From Octopus sinensis (Eukaryota), in the NCBI RefSeq assembly GCF_006345805.1, contig NC_043004.1, positions 39,060,001 through 39,124,000 of the forward strand: a stretch of DNA of 64,000 bases, given 5' to 3'. This document shows positions 39,570 through 53,544 of the stretch, piece by piece. A model generated the notes under the pieces. That model saw only the letters and a program-made list of their open reading frames with translations, did no database searches and was not told the DNA's origin. Each line of letters starts with the position of its first letter. Position 1 is the stretch's first letter. Both the position numbers and the translations under genes were made by a program.

Positions 39570-39570
<1 letters not shown>
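39250..39570 (-). mobile_element. 5'-truncated RLE-type LINE (R4/Dong-like) inside a (TAA)n tract
   Basis: IPVIVGALGMIKK...LQEVQKIVLTGTSHVLRRAL* is the typical RLE C-terminus. It is followed by a ~170-bp UTR, with (TAA)n on both sides. Confidence 0.82.
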
Positions 39571-39636
<66 letters not shown>

Positions 39637-39676
39637 TTATTATCATCATCATCACCATCATTATCAGCACTACCAC

Positions 39677-39712
<36 letters not shown>

Positions 39713-39876
39713 AACTGACGGTTTGAAGGATCGCGTTTCTGTATCCTACTACTGTTGATATTTGGAGGACATATATTAAGACCTTTTCGAACAAAAGTTG
39801 GTTTTAATTCTTCTATTTTGTAGAAAATTTATGTAAAGCAAGTAGTTATTTGAGTGTGTATATATATTAATATATA

Positions 39877-40274
39877 CACAGGAGTGGCTGTGTGGTAAGT
39901 AGCTTGCTAACCAACCATATGGTTCCGGGTTCAGTCCCACTGCGTGGCATCTTGGGCAAGTGTCTTCTGCTAGAGTCCCGGGCCGACCAATGCCTTGTGA
40001 GTGGATTTGGTAGACGGAAACTGAAGAAGCCTGTTGTATATATGTATATATATGTATATATGTGTATGTGTGTGTGTTTGTCCCCCTAGCATTGCTTGAC
40101 AACCGATGCTGGTGTGTCTACGTCCCCGTAACTTAGCGGTTCGGCAAAAAGAGACCGATAGAATAAGTAATGGGCTTACAAAGAATAAGTCCCGGGGTCG
40201 ATTTGCTCGACTACAGGCGGTGCTCCAGCATGGCCGCAGTCAAATGACTGAAACAAGTAAAAGAGTAAAAGAGT
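39877..40274 (+). mobile_element. Family-A SINE
   Basis: Full-length match to 10691-11128. Confidence 0.92.
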
Positions 40275-40317
40275 ATATATATATATATATCCTTCAAACA
40301 GTCAAATATAATGATGA

Positions 40318-40411
40318 CAATGCTGATGATGATGATGATGATGATGATGATGACGATGACGATGACGATGACGATGATGATGACGATGATTATGATGACG
40401 ACGACGATGAT
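40318..40411. repeat. (GAT/GAC)n trinucleotide repeat
   Basis: Direct reading. A similar (ATC)n tract lies at 39640-39712. Confidence 0.95.
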
Positions 40412-42155
40412 GCCTTCTTGTATCGCTCAGGTAGCTTTTGTTAAAATAACAGCAGCAAAAATAATTAGATTAATGCAGTGCTGGGGTTTGGGGTACTGGC
40501 TTTCATCGTTCTGTAACCAAATATGAACAATTCTTTTGGCCGAATTCCATGTCTATATCAGCTGTAAATGTTACTATTACTTTCAGTTGTTTTTGACATT
40601 GTTATGTCTGTATGTGCATATGTATATATGTATTTATGTATATGTATCAAAATAGCTTGTTAAGAAAATTTCTATAAGAGATTGAGACTGAGAAGTAATG
40701 TTTAACGTCACCTAAACACTGATGTTCCCCAGTAACCGGCGATACTACTATTTTAAGCCCAGTAGAATACCTTCTCCAGCTGCTTGTTCAGTATACACTG
40801 CAATCGGTATATATTGAATTCCCAACTACTTTAGCCCTCTGACCACTAGACCATATGGTTTCGACCTCTATATGGTCATCCCCGGTGATGGATACTACAT
40901 TAGCCATATTGTCCTTCTTTAATGTGGCATAGAGTGGTTAGTGGGAACTGTTCTACCACGTATGAGATCCTTCGTTGGCGGGTTCTACGAATTTTTGTCG
41001 GTGTTGTTGATAGTATTTAAGAATATTGCTAAGACATCTTCACCAGTGAAAACACCTCTACAACCAAAACCATCACCACGACCACTACCAGCATAATTCT
41101 ACATCTTATTTCATAAATACTAATACTACCGTTACATAGCTATTTATTATTCGTGGCACGATTAGTCACGTATTTAGTATAGTTAAATCAAAGTCTGTAA
41201 ATTCAGGCTCTGTCAGAAAGCATTAAAAGCGGTAGTGTGAACATCTCCCCCTTTCACCTACCTCCTTCTCAAGATTCATTGCTCCTCACGTACAAACTTG
41301 TCATTCTGTTGCATCACTTAGTAATAGCACTTCCATTGTTAATATGAAAGCCGAGTTCATTCTAGAACTGTAGTGTATTCTTTAACGTGCATATGTGACG
41401 AATTACTCGATAGTTTATGAGTAAAAACAATTTTGTTTTTCGTTTTTGTCCTTGGCTTTATCAAATGAATCAGTGCGAATGTCGAAAGTAATAATTAGGA
41501 ATCTGTCAAACCGTTCTTATATATTATTGTTTTATACCACAGCTGGCAGCTTGCATTAATGTTTATGTATGATGACGATAATAAAATAAACCGACATAAT
41601 TTGTTTTACATTAACTGAGAGACAAAGCAGCACCTGCTGCTTTAGTATGTTCTCTAGCATTATCTCTGACTCAAACTGCTATAAAGAACTATGAAAAATC
41701 TCCCGCTAAGTCACACTCTAATGACTTAAAAGAAATAATGATATAGTGGTCGATGATTCGAAAAGCGATGGGATGTTCACAACAGAAACTACTTTAATCA
41801 TATGTCTGTTCAATCCTCTTCATCATCAACTACTTCTCCTTCATCACTATCATCGTCAGCGTCGGGAGAGCTAGCTCCAGTGGGTATACACAACCTGAAT
41901 TCAATTGCTCTAAATTTGGAAAGGCCGCATTACATAATGTAGTTCTACATATCTCCAAACAAATGTCAGGCTGGTTACAGCTACAATAAAGTTTTGATTA
42001 TATGACTGCTCGTTTACGATTTACCCCTGTCAAAACACCAACATCACACCAACCATTATTTCTGAAAATATATTATTTCTCTTTTCCCTGGTATTCTATA
42101 ATCATGTGGATGCAAATCAGCAGTTCTACGCTATAGGAAGTCTATTTTATATTTG

Positions 42156-42375
42156 ATATTCTTTTCTACTCTAGGCACAAGGCCCGAAATTATTGGAGAG
42201 GTAGGGGCCAGTCGATTAGATCGTCCCCAGAACACAGCTGGTACTTAATTCATCGACCCCAAAAGGAAGAAAGATAAAGTCGACCTCGGCGAAATTTGAA
42301 CTCAGAACATAAAGACAGACGAAATACTGGTAAGCATTTTAACATGCGTGCAAACAATTCTGCCAACTCATCGCC
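42156..42375 (-). mobile_element. tRNA-derived SINE family B with alternative tail (...GGGCCTTGTGCCTAGAGTAGAAAAGAATAT)
   Basis: Head GAGTTGGCAGAA...TTCTGAGTTCAAATT and core CCGAGGTCGACTTT...GGGGTCGAT shared with the 45.4, 49.1 and 57.1 kb copies. Confidence 0.85.
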
Positions 42376-42390
42376 TTCAATATTCCCTCA

Positions 42391-42466
<76 letters not shown>

Positions 42467-43169
42467 CATGTATATATGTATATATTTCATAGTGTTTGGT
42501 TTAGCCTTACATAATCAAACTGCAAATCCTTAGAGGGTAACGTTTCATTTTTCTGATCAAAACTCCACTCCCAACTCCACCCCACACACATTTTCTGACC
42601 TCAGTTCACATTACATCTTTATCTAAATATCTCTCCCAGTATACTTACCCTCCAGACGTGCAGATTAAGCATACAAATAGAATCATTAAATAACAACACA
42701 AGAGATATCTAATATTCGTATTAGAGTATGACAGACATGCTTGTATGTCCAGCTGCACATACATATACCGAGAACTCTACAAATCACTGACACCTAAATA
42801 CACACAACAAAAAATAACCATGCATATTGAATAAGTATTCATGTCAAATACACGAACACTCACTCACATTGCACTCTTAGAAGTTCTTCAGTCTAACAAA
42901 CACACGCACACACTCATATACACAAACATACAGACTAACCTGTGTATACAATAGGGATACAAAAAGACACTCATACACAGGCACACACCACACAAAATCA
43001 CGTATGAAACGTCCATCCTCCATACACCTTACACGCAAACATAAAATCACATGCCAACACGCACAATGACACGTCTGTGCTTCTGTGCGCTCATCTGACA
43101 ATTAGTGACAAAGTAAAGAAATCATTTCTTTTATCTCACCGACCTGTTACTCCAAGCAACAGAGGGTTG

Positions 43170-43223
<54 letters not shown>

Positions 43224-43710
43224 CGTTTGCTCTATAAACAAAAACAACACCCACCTAGGACCGAACTATGTGCGAAACTTTGAACTGTGCGTACAGATAC
43301 AATTGCCTAAAATGTATCTGCTTTGATGTGTCTTGGTACTAAACCTGAAGGAGATGGATGATATCTTAGTCAAGAAAGTAATACGCAACGAACTCTTTTC
43401 ACACTTCTATAAAATCTAGATAACATGGCAAGAAATATTGTATTAATCACTGAAGAGATGAAGAAAGATCAAGATTTTTACATTAGCGATGCAGTTCAAA
43501 ATGTCGTATCTTATTCAAATATAACTGACAAGGATATTCAACAATATAGATTGCCAGTGTCAGTGTCAATTAGGTTTGCACCACTCAGTCGCAATAGCCT
43601 TGATACTCAACATCGAACAGTATCCCTAACAAAATATCTCACTTTTAATTCCAGATAAACAGTACAATTGGTGACATCCGACACGTTGAAAAATTCTTTT
43701 TTGTTGATAT

Positions 43711-44120
43711 TCTTTACTCTTTTACTTGTTTCAGTCATTTTGACTGCGGCCATGCTGGAGTACTGCCTTTAATCGAGTAAATCGACCCCAGGACTTATTC
43801 TTTGTAAGCCTAGTACTTATTCTATCGGCTTTCTTTGCCGAACCGCTAAGTTACGGGGACGTAAACACACCAGCATCAGTTGTCAAGTGATGTTGGGTGG
43901 ACAAACACAGACACACAAATACACACACACACACACATATATATATATACATATATACGATGGGCCTCTTTCAGTTTCCGTCTACCAAATCCACTCACAA
44001 GGCTTTGGTCGGCTCGAGGCTATAGTAGAAGACACTTGCCCAAGGTGCCACGCAGTGGGACTGAACCCGGAACCATGTGGTTGGTAAGCAAGCTACTTAC
44101 CACTCAACCACTCCTACGCC
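43711..44120 (-). mobile_element. Family-A SINE
   Basis: Reverse-complement full-length match to 10691-11128. Confidence 0.92.
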
Positions 44121-44762
44121 TATTTTGAATATCTTGTTGAAATTAAAAACAAATAAAGTACTCGTCCAGTACTGGAAATGCTGGGCAACTCTCTATCTCG
44201 TTTCCATACGAGAATAAGATAAGCCGACGTCATAGAAGTTTTACTCTTATACGGGTAAATCTTATTTGATCAATCTAATTTGACTATCTGATTACTATTC
44301 ATTCACTCATTCTTCCTTCTACGTTATTGAACAACCATTCCCATCCAGTCGGTATTCGCAGTACGGTTTATACTATTCATCTTCCCCATCGTCGAATACA
44401 AGACATAGCTCCTGAGATCTTGATTTGAGTAATTGTCTTGTACGCCAATCCGTCAAAAGGTTACCCATTTATATCTGAGTGGACTGTAGCAAATTGAAAC
44501 TAAGTGTTTATTAGATCACCATTTCGGTCTTCTGCTTGCGTAAAGATTTTTCCTCCTGATGTGAATATCCTGGAGTCGCATACAATCAATGTTTACGCTT
44601 TTGTGACTTCTTACTTAATATATATATATACATAGCACGCTGATCGTCATGACTTACTAGTTATCTGGGCGGAGAGAGAAATGATGCAGAAGACACCAGC
44701 TTGATAGAGCACAGTAAGAAGCTTTAACATGTCTAATTTGTCTAGCGTTAGTTTTGCTGTGT

Positions 44763-45056
44763 GAAGGCACGTGGCTAAGTGCTTAGGGCAATTAGCTCGC
44801 GATTTTAAGGTCAAGAGTTCGATTCACAGCGGTGCATTGTGTCCTTGAGCAAGACAATTTATTTCACGTTGCTCCAGTCGACTCAGCTGGCAAAAATGAG
44901 CAGTACCTTGTAACATTCTGTGCCATGCTGAATATCCTTGAGAACTACGTTAACGGTACGCCTGTCGGTGGTGTGCTCAACCTCTTGCACGTTGATTTAA
45001 CGAGCAGGCTGTTCCGTTGATCGAATCAAATGGAACCCTCTTCGTCGTACCCGATG
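44763..45056 (+). mobile_element. tRNA-derived SINE sharing its 3' half with 47745-48128 but with a different middle
   Basis: A/B-box-like head. The tail GCTGAATATCC...GAGAACTACGTTAA...CGAGCAGGCTGTTCCGTTGAT is shared. Confidence 0.8.
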
Positions 45057-45411
45057 TCCATTATCCAAGCTTTTCTCCTCCACCCCTTCAACTTATATGT
45101 GAATAAGCACCACACAATGATATATAATATACTGCCAATGACGCACATTGTAGAAATTTTGATACTATCAGTAGTTAAGAGATTGTATCAAAATGTACTG
45201 AATGTAGGTTCTGTTCTCAGAATTAGCGGCCTCAGTGTCTAAAGACCATGGAATGCAGTCAAGGCAAGCAAAGAAAAAAATTCCAAGAATTTTTCTCAAT
45301 CGCCATTATGCATATTTGTGCAAAATGGACGCCTTAAATATGGAAAGAGATTTTTCTGCAAGATATGCATAGTTTTGCATTAAGACGAATCCACAAACAA
45401 CAGATCGCCAG

Positions 45412-45624
45412 TTCAAGCTGGCAGAAACGTTAGCGCGCCGGGCGAAATGCTTATTGGTATTTCGTTTGTGTTTACGTTCTGAGTTCAAATTTGCTTTTCA
45501 TCCTTTCGGGGTCATAAATTAAGTGCCAGTTACGCACTGGTGTCGATGTAATCAACTTATTTCCTTTGTCTGTCCTTGTTTGTCCCCTCTATGTTTAGCC
45601 CCTTGTGGGCAATAAAGAAATAAG
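45412..45624 (+). mobile_element. SINE family B with Tx1-like tail
   Basis: Ends TGTCCCCTCTATGTTTAGCCCCTTGTGGGCAATAAAGAAATA (45581-45622). Confidence 0.88.
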
Positions 45625-47744
45625 ATAGCCAGTTATCATTACTAAATATTTATACTTTGCATCTGATATTAAATTGTCATCTATTATCTGGTGTCAACCA
45701 TTATTATTGATATTTATTACAAACGGTATTTGAACTCTACTGCTACTTTTAAAGTTTTCTTTAAATATTATGCAATTAATGAGCATTTAAACATTCTTTC
45801 TAAACGCAATTGCATTAAATAATATATCTCTTTTTATATTCATCTGTTATATTTATTCGTCATTTTAAATGTCTGCTTTTTCTTGACTGAATATCTTGCA
45901 ATTGAATCGCTAATTAGGTTTAGATATTTCTAGACTTCACCTTGTCAGTTTGTTTTCCCCTATTTATATATTTTAATTTAGACATCCACTCTCTGCAGGC
46001 TAAATAAATAGCATTATTTATGTATATCAAATATATACTTGTAGCGTCACGGAATCAAATTTTCCACTTAAAACATAGAAATTTGTTTCTTGAATCGGAA
46101 ATAATTCAACGATTTTCTGAAGACACTTCAATTTCTTTAGTTATTGGAGAAAAAAAAACAAGTTAAAATGTATGCTTTATAATAAACGTTTTCTACTAAA
46201 GGGCAAAAATAACTTTGGTGAAGGCGCTCAAAATTATTATCGGAAGATTAAAAATAATGAAGATGAAGAATCAGGATGCATACAGACAAATATACTGCGG
46301 TGGATAATAACTGGATAACATAAACTTATCGTGATATGATATAAGATTATTAGTTAACCAACATAACCATTGGCCAGGGCATACTATTCACTTCGAAAGT
46401 ATTAACTAATGACTGTAAATATGGGAGGTAAGAGATGTGCAACAAAATATGCTGTAGGTTCAGCTTCAAAATGCTCAAAATCTTTCCTCTGGGCAAAGGT
46501 TGGATCAAACTACAACACCCAGGGGATTTGATTAGAGGAGTTCCTAAATGAATTTATTAGAGAGATAATTATAATCCACTAAAATTAGAACAAATTGAAG
46601 AGAAACAAAGAGTGGTATAAAAGATCAAGAGTTTGTGAGAACGATATTCTGTATAAATGTTAATGCAAGTAACATTACAAAGATGTTAAGATTGCAAGAC
46701 GTAATTGCATATTAACCTGGCTTCTTATAAAAGGAAAATGTAGATAAACTAAAAATTACATTTCTGTTGACATTTTACAAAATAATTGGGAATCGTGTCA
46801 GTTTACTCGGTGCATTGTAATGAGAAATGTTGTGTGTCATATTAATGATAAAGTCATCCCCGAGGACAAGCACTTGTAAATATTCCGTTTTAAAAAGATT
46901 CTGTTAAAGTCCAACATGTATGATATGAAAGACGGTTAAACGACTTTTTTGCTTTGGTTCTATGTCATCTACATTCAAGAGAATAAGTATTAGAATATAT
47001 GTACACGGGAGTATTTTCTCTAGCTGGATGTTTTGGCCAACGAATATTCCTCTGTATACAATCGTAATAGGTAGGTTTTCTTCAAAATCAGGATACCCCA
47101 GGTTTGATTTCATTCGAATACTATGAACGTTCAAAGTGATAACAGTAGACTCATGTAACCATGTGGCCTCTTACAAAAGTGCGAAGCTCATTTTTTGATT
47201 GTTGCTATTTGCTTTACATAGTAGAAAGCAGGACGAAAATAAACACTTAAAAATAGTCTCATTTAAGGATCTACATCCTGCAAGGATGTAAACTTCAAAT
47301 GTTTATGAATCAGGTATTGCTTCACTCATTTCTTAGATTTAACAAAACGTCTATAAGAGAATCGATCCCTGTCGATTTCGAAGATGATCATTCAGTTGAT
47401 CAACTAAGCCCCTCTTTCGATGAATTAACGTATACATGGTTGTGGAGTAGAATTATAGTTACAATCCAGCCAACGAACATATACAACTTTCCCGTGAGCT
47501 CCATTTCACCACAGTGTTGTGTTCCACTCAAGTTTTAAAGCAAGAGACGTTCGTTCAAGATTCCACACAGTGCGTTCACACTTGAAACCCCATCATTGAG
47601 AATCGAATCTCCCTGTTCGTCCTTCGTATATAGAAATATTTTTTGTCAAAAAACATTCTCCCAGAATACACATGTTCACATATATAAAGAAAGCTGCAAT
47701 ATAATTGTAACAGATGTTTAGTAAGACTCTATTTCTACAGTTGT

Positions 47745-48128
47745 GGAGGCGCAATGGCCCAGTGGTTAGGGCAGCGAACTCGCGGTCATAGGATCGCGGT
47801 TTCGATTCCCAGACCGGGCGTTGTGAGTGTTTATTGAGCGAAAACACCTAAAAGCTCCACGAGATTCCGGCAAGGGATGGTGGTGATCCCTGCTGTACTC
47901 TTTCACCACAACTTTCTCTCACTCTTACTTCCTGTTTCTGTTGTACCTGTATTTCAAGGGGCCGGCCTTGTCACTCTCTGTGTCACGCTGAATATCCCCG
48001 AGAACTACGTTAAGGGTGCACGTGTCTGTGGAGTGCTCAGCCACTTACACGTTAATTTCACGAGCAGGCTGTTCCGTTGATTCGGATCAACCGGAACCCT
48101 CATCGTCGTAACCGACGGAGTGCTTCCA
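47745..48128 (+). mobile_element. tRNA-derived SINE family C with perfect 15-bp TSD
   Basis: TSD TATTTCTACAGTTGT at 47730-47744 and 48129-48143. A box TGGCCCAGTGG and B box GGTTTCGATTCC. Confidence 0.92.
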
Positions 48129-49080
48129 TATTTCTACAGTTGTAAGTTAACTGATAAATACTTTCCTTTTAAATCTTAAATATTAAATTTCTATAGCATA
48201 ATTTTGTTCTACTAAATCTACATGTAAAATATAACATTTTAGATGCCTTGTTACGTAGTTATAATTACTATTTTTTCGGTGCAGCAAATTTAGCAAAGTG
48301 TACCAGGGGTTCAGAACCATTTTTTACCTATAGACCACTTCCATTCCTTTTGTACTTAAGTAGACCCCCCTAGCGATTCATTGTTTAAAATATCCTATAG
48401 CATTTTTTATGATTAAATTTTATTAGGATTTGTATAAAATCTGTTAAATATTTTGTGTATTGCCAACGTATAACCAGTTTATTGCAGATAAACTTTACTG
48501 ATATGAAGCAGATTTTTTCATGCTCCTGAAAAATTACTGCGGACCTCCAATGTACAATATTGCATTCGTGGACCCCAAAAATCTTATATGGACCCCGGTT
48601 GAGATCCCCTGGTGTATACAGTCATCAGAGGGACAATTTTGAAAATAACTTCAGTTGAATTTGCCTTTTTCCTTCAGTTAGACTTAAATAGGAATGATGA
48701 CGTCAAAGCTACAATCAGTTTTTTTCCCATCACAAGATTTTTTGTTCTAATTCGTATTCTCTTAATAAGTACAATTGTATTGTTTGTCCGTAAGTAATAG
48801 GGTTAGACAGCTGCTTTTATCAGTTTATTGCTAGCACAGGAGGATCATTTTCGAAAATATTTACATTACTTTGATGGCATTGGTTTCGGTAACGCCCACA
48901 GAAATTTTCTATCATTTTCATTCACGTAAAGATTTTTGTTAAATACGACTTCATTTTTTTACCAAAATATAGTAGTGCATTAAGAAACTAACACAAACCA
49001 AATAATATATTTTAGTGTTTAACTAATTTATTACACAAAACGTTTTATGACACATCTTAGGGGAGGAATTAGGGGAGGGT

Positions 49081-49370
49081 GAAAGGCAAAGTCGTCCTCG
49101 GCGGAATTTGAGCTCAGAACGTAGCGGCAGACGAAATACCTATTTCTTTACTACCCACAAAGGGATAAACACAGAGAGTACAAGTAAGGACAGACAAACG
49201 GATTAAGTCGATTATATCGACCCAGTGCGTAACTGGTACTTAATTTATCGACCCCGAAATGATGAAAGGCAAAGTCGACCTCGGCTGTATTTGAACTCAG
49301 AACGTAACGGCAGACGAAATACCGTTGAGCATTTCACCCGGCATGCTAACGATTCTGTCAACTCACTGCC
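49081..49370 (-). mobile_element. SINE family B with Tx1-like tail, followed by a partial second unit
   Basis: Unit 49370-49141 ends ...GTAGTAAAGAAATA and is joined to GGTATTTCGTCTGCC... (49140-49081). Confidence 0.88.
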
Positions 49371-49916
49371 TCTCAGACGGGGTAATGTCAATAATTTGTG
49401 TCTGAGGAAGGTCTTTCTCTTTTAGTACCGGTTCGACTTCCACTTATTTTACTTTTTTTTTTTTTCAAATACAAAAACTGAATATCAATAATTTGTCTCA
49501 GTGACAAGACGAAGAAAACTGAGATGAAATAAATTACCGAAACAATATAAATAAAAGACTACTTGTCCGCTATTCAGTATAATTTTCCAAAATTTTAGGG
49601 AAATATAAAGGACTTATGTCAATATTTACTATTCTGTGAATGACCTTTCGAGTCTATTCTGAAAGATAAGAAGACGCGTATATAATGATGGTGAAAATAA
49701 ATATTAAAGAAATAAATTTCAAAATCTAGAAACAATTTTAGTCATATATTCGTAGGAATACGCGTAAAAGTTTCGTCATCCCACTATTCGTTTTTTGTTG
49801 ATTTTTCTTTCTTTTTTATTCATGCAGATATTGCTACAGAACGGAAGCAATAAACACTGTTTTGGAGAAGTTTTCTTCACTGTTCCTTTCCTAAATTATT
49901 TATGTGCAGCATTGCT

Positions 49917-50100
49917 TTAACTTCTCGTATTTTCAAAATCTGAAAATTTCTCATTTCGTAGCAGAGTTTGGGATTGAGTTGGCTGCACCAATTTTAGCGC
50001 TGATTTATTCTTTGGTGTAATACATCGGAACAAATTACTTCTAGAATCCTTAGAATTTTCAAATTCAGGAATAGGACTATTCAAACTCTTATCTTCCTTC
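49917..50100 (-). CDS. Putative terminal coding exon of an unidentified host gene
   Basis: Acceptor ...AAATGCAG at 50101-50102 is the first AG after an AG-free stretch. Phase-2 start G|AAG GAA GAT gives KEDKSLNSPIPEF...FENTRS*. AATAAA lies ~97 nt downstream (49820-49815). Confidence 0.5.
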
Positions 50101-50169
50101 CTGCATTTACAGGATTTGTTGGAAAATATTCGAAAGAGATGCCATACGTATATTAACACACATACATCC

Positions 50170-50299
50170 ATGCATACATACATACATACATACATACATA
50201 CATACATACATACATACATACATACATACATACATACATACATACATACATACATACATACATACATACATACATACATACATACATACATACATACAT
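50170..50299. repeat. (ATAC)n microsatellite (intronic if the exon model holds)
   Basis: Direct reading of the sequence. Confidence 0.97.
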
Positions 50300-51916
50300 A
50301 ACGTGTGCGTAAGTGTAAATTGAATCTCACGATAGAATGCACATGTAAATAAAGCACAACATTATACAGAAATGATGCGTTCCAGATTATCCACTATTTA
50401 ATTAAAATTGAATATTTAGTGCAATTTTCAGCATATCAACCATGGAGATAACGGTTTCAGTTTTTAATTAGATAAACTTAATTATATTCTCCCATTTCAG
50501 TTTGCTAAAACGTAATATATGACTAAAAAATTTTCCGATAAACCTATAAAATTTAGAAACCTTGAGAATGTATAATATTATTCATCTATATAAAAATTTT
50601 GTCGTATAATTCTGTACTCAAAATTTTTATTATCATTATAACTTTGACTGTAAATCCACGCGGTTGAAATGCGATATGAGAAAGTCTGCATAGTTGATAG
50701 TAAAATGTAAGTGAGTGGAAGATAGTTCCATTGCATGGAGATTATTCATCAGGTATGTCGAATTCTCCTCAGTTGATTTAGATAAATTGAAAAAGTTAAA
50801 TCAACAAATAAATATATTGAATTTAGTTTTATCTTTAGGTAAAACATTATAGTTTAAATATTTGGTTGTATTATTGTTCATAAACCAGATTAAACAAAAC
50901 CGTTAGCTTGTTTCTTCAACGGTGTTTGTTTTATAGAACTATTTATATTTGTGTACATAGTAAAAGCCTTTTGACCTAAAATGACTTTGATGGAATCGAG
51001 CTATATCCTTCACTTATATTTTTCAGAAAACAATACCTAACACCAGCTTATTTATCAAAATTGATTTTCTTTTATCAGTGAAAAATGGGTAGATCGCAAT
51101 AATTTGCAAGTTGATTGATTCGGTAGCCACTGAGGTAGGTGATGGTGTCCCACCGTAATGGATTAAAGCTATCGTGAAAGAAGATGTATAAGAAACAATG
51201 GGGCATGCATTAACTTACTCGGTAACAAATATTATGAGAGAGAAGTGGAGCTTGAATGAGCTGTTTGCAAAATTTGTGTGTGCTCAATGACAGATATTTC
51301 TATTAAGAATGTTGTACCTTATTCTAAACCGTTGACTAACTCCGAATCATAACTACATTCAAATACATAATTATCTAGCCACAATATAATTAAACGACCT
51401 GCTGCAAAACGTATTTAAGTTACCCTCACAAAGCATGCTGCCGTATCGTATATAGCAATTTACAAAGTGTAGCCATTTATACAACTAAATAATATATTCA
51501 TAACTGGAATCCTTTTATCATACGCCTGCTTCATCAGGTTTGATCTAGAGTTAAAGAAAGTCAGTAACTTACTCGAAACTATCACTATGGGTGAAATGTG
51601 CGTGACCCTCCGACTGGCTAGAAATATTATTCGAACTGCACTTGACCCTTACAATTGTAACGTTAGTAAGAATACATTAGATAATATAGACATCATATAT
51701 ACCCGTAGAAATATGGAATTCATGGAATATGAAGGGATGGAACATAATTAACTATAGCTCTGATCTATCATAGAGGATTCTTTCGCTTTGTTATATAGTC
51801 CCAAGCCATCCCATAATTAGAAAACTAGTTCATGAAAAATGTTTTACAAAATCAGCAACTATTTAAGAGTGATCATTAGCAGCTTTGTATTTACCATGAT
51901 CGTTTGTTTGATTCAC

Positions 51917-52005
51917 TCTAGGAGTTTCTGAATTTCTTTCTCTTGTTTATTACATGTCTCATCAGCTTCTTCTAACTGTTCTTCTAATCTATTTATCATT
52001 AATTT
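51917..52005 (-). CDS. Putative internal coding exon, coiled-coil (KLMINRLEEQLEEADETCNKQEKEIQKLL)
   Basis: Acceptor TGTTTCTAAATCCTTTCAG and donor GA|GTGAAT. The 89-nt exon leaves GA, which joins the G of the 50100 exon to give an in-frame GAG. Confidence 0.55.
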
Positions 52006-53235
52006 CTGAAAGGATTTAGAAACAGCATTGCCGATTAAGACGTTGTTGCGTGTCAGTCAGCTCTTTAAAAAATAATTACTATTTCTGTTATAATAAGCTA
52101 ATTCTAAGAAAAAGACTAACATTTAGCATTAGAATTTGCGTCAACGTCTTTTTCAATTAGTTTTCAATTTTCATTAAGCAGACAGCATATAGTGGATTCA
52201 TACATATTGCCGATAGAAATATTTACAATTAATTTTAAAATGTTCATTAAATGTATAAAAATAGTTTTTGAACCGGAAACAATTTAAACTAGAGACACAA
52301 AGATAAGAGCAAATGGGGATAACGCCAACAATGACGAATCGTGATGTTTTTCGATTAATTAATATTCAAATATCATGAAATGAAGTTTTTACCTGATTAA
52401 TTTCAAATAAAGATTTCGAATAAACTTAAGAAAAAAAAATCCTGAACTAGGCTGATGTTTTATCTACAGAAAAGTTATAGAAATATGAAGAGAAACTGAC
52501 CTTATTTTACAAGTCTTGTTTAGTTTGTAGCTTAAGTAAATGGCTATTCATGGTGTTATAAAGATGACGGTTATCGTCTGCCTGTTGAAACATAAACACT
52601 TGTTTTTCTTTATTTTCCCTTTATGAAAAGCATTTATGTTAATATCCAGGGTCACTAGCACTTAAGAACTTGGGTTTCTTAAGCAGTCTCATTCTGGCCT
52701 TATCGAGGGAAAAGTATACATATTAACAATCATTTGTGTTGTAGTACATTTTCATAAAACAACCATCCGATACTAAACCGCATTCCTCTCACCGGTTCCA
52801 GAGAGTTTGCAATGCCCAGGGGCACTAAGACTTCTAATAGATCAAACCAATCATGAAATTAACATTTTATAAAACAAATGACTACATTATTTACTTTATT
52901 GAAAGAAAATTACAGATCCTAGAATAATTAAAATCAATAAATTTCTTGATAACAATCACGATCTATCAAAGTTGCAAGAAATCACTCTCTAAGTTACTAC
53001 TCCTAGAGTAAATTATTGGGAATTTACAAATAGTAAGAAATTTTAAATTTTAAATGCTGCTAGAGTACATAGAAACAATTCGAGACCATTGCTATTACAA
53101 AAAGACAAATGTTGCGAATTTCTTGCATTTTAAGTCACACACACAAACACACACACACACACAAACAAACACACGCACACACACAAACACTCACACACAC
53201 ACACACACACACAAACACACGCACACACACACACA

Positions 53236-53288
<53 letters not shown>

Positions 53289-53503
53289 GCACACACATAT
53301 ATATATATATGTAATACAATTATGATTCAGTTGAATAACGTACTTAAATCGAGGCACCCTGTTAGGTCTGAGTAACATACACCTGTACCTCTTTGTTACT
53401 TATATTTTATACCTACATTATATATATATATATATATATTGGTATAATAACCGTTTTGTTGCAGATAATATAAAAACATCATATTAACTTCAATATTTCC
53501 ATT

Positions 53504-53544
<41 letters not shown>

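Noticed and set aside
43425-43658. 77-aa plus-strand ORF with plausible composition
   Set aside because: No recognisable motif and no linked exons; it is within chance expectation for AT-rich DNA.
46904-47134. Minus-strand ORF with NLGYPDF, reminiscent of M13 peptidases
   Set aside because: A five-residue resemblance only. No convincing splice sites or neighbouring M13-like exons were found.
47745-47820. tRNA-like sequences (also 44763, 57116, 58856)
   Set aside because: They have A/B boxes but no closed acceptor stem and are embedded in repeated SINE bodies; these are SINE heads, not tRNA genes.
51525-51545. CTGATGA on the minus strand
   Set aside because: No stem II or GAAA box follows, so it is not a hammerhead.
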